NCBI GenBank assembly: GCA_964527285.1
Contig: CAZGNQ010000002.1
Coordinates: 1 to 35,847 of the forward strand
Direction: 5' to 3'
Origin: an uncultured Hyphomicrobiales bacterium
GTDB taxonomy: Bacteria > Pseudomonadota > Alphaproteobacteria > Rhizobiales > CAZGNQ01
DNA: 35,847 nt
Shown here: positions 8,038 through 15,877 of the stretch, one piece after another
Numbering within the stretch: the stretch's first letter is position 1
Layout: each line of letters opens with the position of its first letter
Notes under the pieces: generated by a model
What the model saw: only the letters and a program-made list of their open reading frames with translations
What the model was told of the DNA's origin: nothing
Databases searched by the model: none
Made by a program: the position numbers and the translations under genes

Positions 8038-9780
8038 TCAATCCCAGGGTTTCGGTGTGTGATCGAGCGCTTCCCATCGGCCCTGGGCCTCACACCAGGC
8101 CGCTTCCGCGCGGGCTTCATGGTGCGCGATGACCTTCGCAGCCGCTCCTTGCAACTGGTGCGGGTCAAGCGCCGCGCAGGCATGGTTGGCCGCCACAATG
8201 CGGGGCAAAGCCTGGGCACTTGCCACGTCGTTCAGATACCCGAACACGTCCTGGAGCGGCTTGATGTGCTTCAAGAGCTTTGCCGCTGGCCGTTTCTCAT
8301 CTGCGCCTGGCAGACAGGGCGCGAGAAACTCCACGCCATAACGCAACCCTTTGAGATCCTTACGCATCTCGTGGCGCTCCTCGATGCTGAGATCAGCCAA
8401 CCGCCCGCCCCAGCGCGCAACGCGCCGCCATCGCTTGGCAAGCGCCTTGCGGGCCAGCTTTTGAAGGCCGGCCGGTGCCCAGTGCGGATCGCTCCCGTGG
8501 TGCGCCATTGCACGCTCAACAGCGAGATCGAAAAGCAGGGCGTTGAGTTTCAGGCGTGTCCAGGCGGGGCCTTCAAGCGCGCCGCGCACCTCGGCGCGGG
8601 TCCGCGACTGGTGGCGCTGGAGCGCGGCGCGCATGCCCGCGGCCTCGGCGTTCGTAAGCTCTCGCGCCGCCGCACCGGCGATGATCTCAGCCAACAGAAC
8701 ATCGGCATCGCGCAATGGACTGATGACACGTCCCAGATCGCGTGCGTCATCGCAGAGCGTGCGCATCGCAGCGGTGTCCGTGAGGGGTTCAAACAGACGA
8801 ATGGCCGTGCGTAACCGGCGCAGCCCGACACGGAGCTGGTGCGGGCCTTCCGGATCGTCATGGGCGCACACGACCTGCCAATTTCCGATGATCTGGCGGC
8901 ACGCATCGCCACCGATGGACGACAGCGCCGTCGCCAAATCGTCGTCGGCCGCGGCGGCGGCCTTGCGGGAAAACACAGCGCAAGCCGCGTCGGTCGGTTC
9001 GTTGGACAACACCGCTGAACGGCACCAATCCTGCCCCGTGACCAACGCATGCCGCAGGCGGTAACCAGCCTCGGCCTTGTTGACCTGAGAGGGCCGACAG
9101 CGCGCATTTGACAGCAGCGCCTCGGCCGCGGACAGGAGCAGGAACGTCGGCCCGTCCTTCATCTCCAGTTCCACCTCACGCAGCGGCAGGGCCGCGCCGA
9201 GAGTTGTTACGACACCGTCGTCGAGCGCGCACTCGATCCTCGCTTGCCCGCCTTGCAGCGCGGCGTTGCCAGAGGCCTCGCCATTTGATCTGTCGCGCCT
9301 TCGCGGTGCCGCTGGGCTTTTTCCAATCGGGCCGTGCAATGGTGTCAGACGTTGTGTGACGACAGCGGTGAAGCGCTGCATTCGGGTCTCGAACACGCGG
9401 ATGAGCTTTGCGCCGTCCATGCTGGACAGGATCGCCGCGCGCACCGCCTCATCGCTGATCGCATCCAGCAGCGGCGTCGGCCGTGGCACCCGGGCATTGA
9501 GTTCGCGCGTTTTTGAGAGGCCGTTTTCAAGGCTGCGGCCGACCTTGACCGTTTGCACCCACCCTGCCCGCTCGCGACGGATGCGCAGGGCAATCTTTGC
9601 GCGAGCGAGACGGTGGTCAGCGGTATCGAAGTAAATGGAACGTAGGTGTTCTTTTTTGGGCGTCTGAACATGCGTGCCGAACGCGGCGAGCGCTTCCTGG
9701 CAGCCCCGCAGCTTTTGGCGCAATTGCGCAACCGTTTTTGCGTCAACGGTGAGTTTTAATTCGATTTCCTGGTCAGCCAT
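8038..9780 (-). CDS. CYTH + CHAD domain protein (YgiF-like inorganic triphosphatase / polyphosphate-binding)
   Basis: EIELK, YFDT, LRIR, QTVK, EVELEMK (CYTH); HQLRVGLRRLRT, HEMRKDLKGLRY, LQDVFGYLND (CHAD). Confidence 0.9.
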   Translation of the reverse strand: MADQEIELKLTVDAKTVAQLRQKLRGCQEALAAFGTHVQTPKKEHLRSIYFDTADHRLARAKIALRIRRERAGWVQTVKVGRSLENGLSKTRELNARVPRPTPLLDAISDEAVRAAILSSMDGAKLIRVFETRMQRFTAVVTQRLTPLHGPIGKSPAAPRRRDRSNGEASGNAALQGGQARIECALDDGVVTTLGAALPLREVELEMKDGPTFLLLSAAEALLSNARCRPSQVNKAEAGYRLRHALVTGQDWCRSAVLSNEPTDAACAVFSRKAAAAADDDLATALSSIGGDACRQIIGNWQVVCAHDDPEGPHQLRVGLRRLRTAIRLFEPLTDTAAMRTLCDDARDLGRVISPLRDADVLLAEIIAGAAARELTNAEAAGMRAALQRHQSRTRAEVRGALEGPAWTRLKLNALLFDLAVERAMAHHGSDPHWAPAGLQKLARKALAKRWRRVARWGGRLADLSIEERHEMRKDLKGLRYGVEFLAPCLPGADEKRPAAKLLKHIKPLQDVFGYLNDVASAQALPRIVAANHACAALDPHQLQGAAAKVIAHHEARAEAAWCEAQGRWEALDHTPKPWD

Positions 9781-10108
9781 CTTCAATGTAACAGTTTTGT
9801 GACAGAAGCTGGCGACCATATGGCCATCGCTATCCCAACGTCAATGCGCGCGTTTGCAGAAACAACAGGCAGCCGCATGGATGGCCCGCGCACTACTGGC
9901 CGAGAAACGAGGCTACGACCGTTATCCGTGGCGATGCGGCTTGGATGGCGAAAGCATCCCAGTGGAGTGGGGGCGTTCGAGATCTATACATCCAGCCCTT
10001 ATGGGCCCAAGGCGGCGCGGCATCGCGCGCCGCAAACGCGGGAAGCGGCGGGGTCGCAAGCTGGCTCGATTAACGTGACGCCTCGAAACGAGGAGACCGG
10101 TTGCGGCA

Positions 10109-11149
10109 TCAGTCAATCGGCGAGAGCGTATAGCCGGCCTCACTGAACAGTTTCACCAACCCCGTTTCTCCCGGCAAATGCAGCGCACCAACAGCAACGA
10201 ATGCATTGCCGCCTCCTAAAAGCGGAAGCGCGCGTTCGGCCATGGTGCGATTGCGGATTTCGAGGAGTGCTTTTTGAAACCCCTCAAGCGCGAGGTCCAG
10301 GTCTTCCACGTCGCGCGACAGATATCGCGTCAACGGCCAGATGACCGCCAGCCGGCGTTCCAGATAGAGCTGGATCAGCGTTTCATAGCTGTCCTCAATA
10401 CGGTCCGCCATGGCGAGGTTGGCCTGGAGCCAGGCAATCTGCGCTTTGAGCGGAAGGCTGGCCATGGCTTTGAGTTGCTCGGCCGGTGTTTCCAGACCGA
10501 TGGTCCGCGCACCCGAATTGGCAGCGATCTGTTCAAGGCGGCTGTCGAGCGTCGCAAGGCCGGCGGCGGAGCGTTTGTGCTCGCAGGCCGGCGCCGCCAA
10601 AAGGACCGAAACGAACCAGGGTTTGACCATGTCGGCGAGGCCAGCTGGCATACCGGCACCAGCCAGCAGGGTGCGCGCCTGCTCGACTTCGCCCTGGGAA
10701 AGAAAGTCCGACAATTTGCGGCCATCGGTGAAGATCAGTTCGCTTCCCATCGACATGATCGATGACGCCGCGTCAGCGCCGTCCAGCCCGGCGATCTCGA
10801 CGGCCAGCGTTTCGGCGCGCTTGAGTGCTTGCAGCGCCTGCTCCGGCAGGTCGTTGACCCGGGCGTCGGTCACGTGGACCGTACCGAAGAGATAGGACGG
10901 CGCGACACCATCGCGCTCAACGCGCCAGAAAATAGCCTCGCTGTTTTCGGTGGCCTGCGCGTCCTGAATGATCTGCGCGAAAGCCGCCGGATCGTTCGCC
11001 TCGATCTCTTTCAGCAGGTTGGAGCCTGTACAGGTAGGCGCGGCCGACGCCTGGGCGCGGGCAGGCCCGGTTGCAATCACGAACGCCATGAACGCAGCAA
11101 CGACGGCGGCAACAGCGAGGCTCGACAGGCCCCGGAAATGGTTGGTCAA
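10109..11149 (-). CDS. TraB/GumN (Tiki-like) family exported protein
   Basis: Signal peptide; SYLFGTVHV, GLET..EQ, RNRTM, FVAVGALHLPGETGLV. TTG start is uncertain. Confidence 0.9.
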   Translation of the reverse strand: MTNHFRGLSSLAVAAVVAAFMAFVIATGPARAQASAAPTCTGSNLLKEIEANDPAAFAQIIQDAQATENSEAIFWRVERDGVAPSYLFGTVHVTDARVNDLPEQALQALKRAETLAVEIAGLDGADAASSIMSMGSELIFTDGRKLSDFLSQGEVEQARTLLAGAGMPAGLADMVKPWFVSVLLAAPACEHKRSAAGLATLDSRLEQIAANSGARTIGLETPAEQLKAMASLPLKAQIAWLQANLAMADRIEDSYETLIQLYLERRLAVIWPLTRYLSRDVEDLDLALEGFQKALLEIRNRTMAERALPLLGGGNAFVAVGALHLPGETGLVKLFSEAGYTLSPID

Positions 11150-11221
11150 GATCTCAGCTCCAGGCGCAGTGGCGCATCGGGACGGCGCCTCTTGTTTGCA
11201 TTGGCAAAAGGACGAACGGCC

Positions 11222-12214
11222 TCACGCCCGCGGATGCGCGGACGCATAGATGGCTACGAGGCGTTCGCTCTGCACTTTGGTGTAGTTCTGCGTGGTCGAA
11301 AGTGAAGCATGCCCCAACAGCTCCTGGATCTGACGCAAATCGCCACCCGCGTTGAGCAGGTGCGTTGCGAACGAGTGGCGCAGGGCGTGCGGTGTTGCCG
11401 TTTCGTCCAGGCCGAAAGCCTCCCGCAGGCCCGCCACAAGCAATTGGATGATCCGTGGACTGAGGGGCCCACCCTTCTCTCCCAGAAACAGGGGATCGGC
11501 CTGTTCCATGGTGTAGGGCACCAGTGAAAGATAAGTGCGCACGGCTTGCTGCGTGACGGGCAGAACCGGCACACGCCGCTCTTTCCCACCCTTACCGACG
11601 ATCCGAAGGACGTCGCGCAAGCCCGTGGGCGCATCGCTGACGCGAAGGCCAAGCGCCTCACCAATGCGCAGGCCCGAGCCGTAGAGCAGAAGCAGCACTG
11701 ATGCGTTGCGCGCCGTCACCCACCGCGGCGCGTCACCGACAGACGCAACCGAAGGACCGGCCGCCGGGAGGACCAGATCGCGCGCGATCGCCGGCTCCAG
11801 GGGACGCGGCAGCCGCGCCTTTGTCTTTGGCAAGGCAACGGCGCGGGCGGCGCGGTTTTCCAGCAGGCCCTTTTGTTCCCAATGGCGGAATGCACTGCGC
11901 AGGGCCGAGACGGTGCGCGATATTGACCGTGCGCTCAGCCCCTCTCGCTTACGCGCCGCCATGAAGCCGCGCACATCGGAGGGCTTGAGGGCCGCCAGGT
12001 CCCCCAACGTCGGCGGATAGCCACGTTGGACCTGAAGATGAGCCGTGAAGCGCTCTGCGTCACGGCCATACGCGGCGACCGTATGGCTGGAAAAGCCGCG
12101 TTCGCGCTCGAGATGGTCCAGCCACGCCCCGACGGCGGCACGCAGGTCCGTATCAAGGCCAAGCTCCGATTGCCCGGCGTGGCGCGCGGCCCGTAATTGA
12201 GGTCTGCTCGTCAC
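11222..12214 (-). CDS. xerC: Tyrosine recombinase XerC
   Basis: SSHTVAAYGRD, LLYGSGLRIGEA, GKGGKERRVP, TPHALRHSFATHLL, DLRQIQELLGHASLSTTQNY, HPRA end; convergent with and near lpdA, as is common in Hyphomicrobiales. Confidence 0.9.
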   Translation of the reverse strand: MTSRPQLRAARHAGQSELGLDTDLRAAVGAWLDHLERERGFSSHTVAAYGRDAERFTAHLQVQRGYPPTLGDLAALKPSDVRGFMAARKREGLSARSISRTVSALRSAFRHWEQKGLLENRAARAVALPKTKARLPRPLEPAIARDLVLPAAGPSVASVGDAPRWVTARNASVLLLLYGSGLRIGEALGLRVSDAPTGLRDVLRIVGKGGKERRVPVLPVTQQAVRTYLSLVPYTMEQADPLFLGEKGGPLSPRIIQLLVAGLREAFGLDETATPHALRHSFATHLLNAGGDLRQIQELLGHASLSTTQNYTKVQSERLVAIYASAHPRA

Positions 12215-12280
12215 GACCGTTTGTTCCTCGCATCCCGCAGATCGTGCGGATTGTCGGACACCAACAAGCAGATGCTCCGG

Positions 12281-12296
12281 TTATCAAAAGGTTAAC
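12281..12296. promoter_or_regulatory. CtrA-box-like site in the divergent xerC/divL intergenic region
   Basis: TTAT-CAAAAGG-TTAAC, one mismatch to TTAA-N7-TTAAC, in otherwise GC-rich DNA. Confidence 0.55.
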
Positions 12297-12700
12297 GCGG
12301 TCGTCCGGAACGGGGCAGCGCGCCAGACAATGGGTGTGTCCCCCCGGCACAGCGGCTCGTGGGATCGTAAGGCCGAAGCAGAAAACTGCTGGAAAAGCCG
12401 ACGGTTGCGTGGCGCTGCGCCAGGCGCAAGCGCATACTGAATGGTGATTCGCGGTGGCCGTGTTGTTGCGCGTTGCCGACGCCAAGCGTCGGCATGCTGC
12501 GCGGACAAGCGGGTGGGGAATGCCTGCGGTGCGCGCCTCCTTGCGCTCTGTTTGGCCTGGGAACGCCGTGGCTCGCCCAGGTGCAATTCTGGGCAATCGC
12601 AATCGCCGCGATGGCCGACGGCACCTGTCCGGCCTCCGTACAGTCGGCCGCTGCTGGCGCACATCGGCGCTCCGCGGCCCCAACAGGTAAGGCTTGGCTC

Positions 12701-15613
12701 ATGCGCTTTGGCGCGGCCCTCATTGCCGCTGTGGTCTGTGGTTTCTCGCTGGCATTCGCGACCGCGCAACTGACCGGCGCGTCGAGCCTCATCACCGGCA
12801 CACCGGGAGGCCCGGTGGCGGGCAGCGCCATGGATTTCGATCCCATCGCGCTGTTCGCGGCGCTGATGATGGCGATCTCCTTCGGGATCACGACCGCAGC
12901 GATCTTTTTTGCCCGCGGCCAACAGCGCCTGCGCGGCGAGGCCGAAGCAGCGCGCGACGAAGCGCAACAGGCACAATTGCGGGTCCATCGCTCATTTCAG
13001 AGCCTGCAGGAGTGCCTCGCAAGCGAGCGGCTCGCCATTGTGCGCTGGACGTCTCACGGACCGCCGCAGGTGTTGTTCAACACGCTTTCAGGCGACGTCC
13101 GCGCCCCCGATCATCTGCTCGATCCGGCGCTGTGGCTGAGCGAACACGATGCTGGTCGCCTTCAGCGCGCCCTCTCTGGCCTGCGCGAAAGGGCGACGGG
13201 CTTCGTGCTCACCGCCAGCACGCGGGACGAGCGTTGGGTGAGCCTGACGGGGCGGTCGGCCGGAGGTGAGCCGATCCTCACGGTGCGCGAGCTGGAAGGC
13301 GACGCCTTAAGGGCTGTGACCCGAGCAGCCGCCCACGCCGAAGCACTGAGCGAACTGGAGAACTACCGGCGCTTGTTTGACGACCTGCCGCTGCTGATCT
13401 GGTTTTCCGATGCCGAAGGCCGGACGATCTGGGCCAACACCGCGTACACAACGACGGTAGCAGAGCCGGGCGAGGATGGCGCGCGCGGTGAGGGAGCCAC
13501 CGCGGCAGACGCTGCAGCCGCCCGAGCGTCCACAGATGCGAGAGACGCGAGGGAAGCCGGACGCTCCGCCGTGCTCAGCCGGACCGCGCCGCTGCTCGAC
13601 GCCACCGACCGTGCGCGGCTGGTGGCACAGCTTGGCCGCCCCATCGCGGCTCAATCCGCCGACGAGACTGGCCCCGCGTCAACGCCATCCGGCTCGCCCG
13701 CAACGGCCGGCGCAACTGCCCGCCTCGGCGTCACACTGGCCGGCGAGCGCCGGACGCTGGACGTATCCGCCGTCCGAATGGGCTCGCTGGTGGCTTTCTT
13801 TGCCAGCGACGTCACTCAACTGGAGCAGTCGCGCGTAAATCTGACGCGACTGGCAACAGCCTACAACCGGACCCTGGACAAGGTCTCCACGGCCATCGCG
13901 ACCTTCGGGGCCGATGCCCGGCTTGTCTTCCACAACGATGCGTTCAATGCGCTGTCCGGCCTCAGTGCGCCCTGGCTTGCGTCCCGCCCGCGCGAAGGCG
14001 AAGCGCTCGACCGCCTGCGCGAGCGCGGATTGCTGCCCGTGACGCAGGACTACCGGCGCTGGAAGACCGAATTGATGGACACCATCCGTGCGCAGGACAG
14101 CATGGAGGACTGGTGGCACCTGCCAGATGGCCGGACGCTGCATGTGATTGCCGAAAAGCAGCCCGATGCTGGCGTGACCTACCTGTTCGACGATGTCAGC
14201 GAAAAGCTGGAGCTGGAAAGCCGCTTCAATGAGCTGCTCAAGGTGCAGGGGCAGACACTGGACCAGCTCAACGAGGGCGTGGCGGTGTTTGCGACAGACG
14301 GACGCCTCAAGCTGTTTAATTCTGCGCTCGGCGGCGTCTGGGCACTGGATGACGTGCCGCTTGTTACCGAAAACGGGATCCACGTGTCCGAGCTGTTCGA
14401 TCGGCTCAAGAACCAGCACGCCAACGATGATGACTGGGCACGCATCGAGGCTGCCGTCTTTGCCATGGACGGTGAAAGCCGCATGGTGGCAGGGCAGATC
14501 CACCGCGAGGACGGCATGGTGATCGCCTACTCGGTGGAGCCACTGCCAGACGGCGGCACACTGGTCACCTTTTCCGACATCACGGACAGAACGCGCGCCG
14601 AACAGGCCCTCATTGAGCGCAACGAGGCTCTGGTTGAGGCCGACAGGCTGAAGACCGCCTTCGTCTCACACGTCTCCTACGAACTGCGCACACCTTTGAC
14701 GAACATCATTGGCTTTGCCGAATTGCTCTCAAGCCCGCGCACAGGACGCCTCAACGCCAAGCAGCGCGAGTACCTGAGCGACGTGCACGGCTCAGCAAAA
14801 ACGCTGCAGACCATCATCAATGACATCCTCGATTTGGCGACCATCGATGCTGGCAACTTTGACCTGCGGCTTGCCCCGACCACGCCCAGGGCCATCATTG
14901 AAGCGGCCGTCGCCGGGCTGGCCGACAGGATGGACAAGGCGCGCATTGCGCTCACCGTTTCCATTGACCCGGATGCGGGTGACTTCGTCGCCGACACGCA
15001 CCGCGCCGCGCACGTCGTCTACAATCTGTTGGCCAACGCGGTTGGCTTCTCCGAGCCGGGCTCCCGTGTCTCCGTGGCGGCCGAGCGACGTGGCGCTTTC
15101 ATGGTGTTTGAGGTGACCGACGAAGGCTGCGGCATCCCTGAGGACCGCCAGAAAAGCATCTTTGAGCGCTTTGAAAGCAACCACGCCAATGGGCGTCGGC
15201 GTGGGGCAGGGCTTGGACTGGCGATCGTCAAGAGCCTTGTCGAGTTGCACGGCGGTACCGTCGCACTGACGTCGGAGATTGACGTGGGAACGACCGTCGA
15301 GGTGCATTTTCCGCTGATCCCGCCGCAGCATGACAGCGTGGACGCCACGCGCTTCCGCTCCGACACGATGGCCGACGCCATGGGCATGGCCATCGACGAG
15401 CCGCGACCGCCGCTGCCGGGCCCATTGCGCGCGCCTGTTGCGCCATCGCGACCGGCCATGAACGACGGCGCCGCCTGCCTGACGGAGAGTGACGAGGACG
15501 CCGCTGAAAGTGGTGCCAATGCAGAGGAAGCCCTGCCGTCCTGGGATGAGCCCGCTCCTGCCGATGCGATGCGCGAGGCGAGCCCCGCGCCATCGCCGCA
15601 ATCCGCGGCCTGA
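12701..15613 (+). CDS. divL: DivL-type PAS-domain pseudo-histidine kinase
   Basis: N-terminal TM segments, several PAS domains (WWHLPDGRTLHV, PLPDGGTLVTFSDIT), H-box FVSHVSYELRTPL with Tyr (14678-14680) at the phosphoacceptor His position, HATPase NLLANAV/DEGCGI/GAGLGL; directly upstream of the tsaE-addBA block. Start uncertain (frame open from 12473). Confidence 0.88.
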   Translation: MRFGAALIAAVVCGFSLAFATAQLTGASSLITGTPGGPVAGSAMDFDPIALFAALMMAISFGITTAAIFFARGQQRLRGEAEAARDEAQQAQLRVHRSFQSLQECLASERLAIVRWTSHGPPQVLFNTLSGDVRAPDHLLDPALWLSEHDAGRLQRALSGLRERATGFVLTASTRDERWVSLTGRSAGGEPILTVRELEGDALRAVTRAAAHAEALSELENYRRLFDDLPLLIWFSDAEGRTIWANTAYTTTVAEPGEDGARGEGATAADAAAARASTDARDAREAGRSAVLSRTAPLLDATDRARLVAQLGRPIAAQSADETGPASTPSGSPATAGATARLGVTLAGERRTLDVSAVRMGSLVAFFASDVTQLEQSRVNLTRLATAYNRTLDKVSTAIATFGADARLVFHNDAFNALSGLSAPWLASRPREGEALDRLRERGLLPVTQDYRRWKTELMDTIRAQDSMEDWWHLPDGRTLHVIAEKQPDAGVTYLFDDVSEKLELESRFNELLKVQGQTLDQLNEGVAVFATDGRLKLFNSALGGVWALDDVPLVTENGIHVSELFDRLKNQHANDDDWARIEAAVFAMDGESRMVAGQIHREDGMVIAYSVEPLPDGGTLVTFSDITDRTRAEQALIERNEALVEADRLKTAFVSHVSYELRTPLTNIIGFAELLSSPRTGRLNAKQREYLSDVHGSAKTLQTIINDILDLATIDAGNFDLRLAPTTPRAIIEAAVAGLADRMDKARIALTVSIDPDAGDFVADTHRAAHVVYNLLANAVGFSEPGSRVSVAAERRGAFMVFEVTDEGCGIPEDRQKSIFERFESNHANGRRRGAGLGLAIVKSLVELHGGTVALTSEIDVGTTVEVHFPLIPPQHDSVDATRFRSDTMADAMGMAIDEPRPPLPGPLRAPVAPSRPAMNDGAACLTESDEDAAESGANAEEALPSWDEPAPADAMREASPAPSPQSAA

Positions 15614-15877
15614 GGTCGGCGGCTGCGTCCCCTGCGCCACCTGGACACCTCACCTTTGGCGCCCTGGCACGATCAGGCGTGCCCCAGCCCCGCCCAGATG
15701 CTGTAGGACAGCGTTTCATCGTCGCTGAGGGCTTCGTCGGTGTTCAGGGTCGGCACGTCCGCTGGGGCAAGCTCGGCCATGGCGTTCCGGCAGCGTGTGA
15801 CCGCGCGAGGCGCACCCGGCACGCAATCGCGATGCGCTGCGAGGCGCGCTCCATTTTTCTGCCAGTGCGAGGTGCAC

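Noticed and set aside
8038-9780. CYTH protein as the cyclase partner of the 2TM-GAF protein
   Set aside because: CYTH-CHAD fusions are YgiF-like triphosphatases; the gene has host-like GC, is on the opposite strand and is separated from the cassette by another gene.
11222-12214. Tyrosine recombinase as a mobile-element integrase for the tRNA-Arg site
   Set aside because: Size, motifs and position fit chromosomal XerC; it is 19 kb from the tRNA and lacks an arm-binding domain. No dif-like site was seen in the window.
14678-14680. His-to-Tyr change as a pseudogene sign or new kinase chemistry
   Set aside because: This is the established DivL signature.
15740-15877. Extended N-termini from the ORF track for the tsaE fusion (also sucB from 1630, addB from 18357, addA from 21640, sdhC from 34485)
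   Set aside because: Downstream starts have better SD sites and match the family N-termini; several of the extensions overlap upstream genes.
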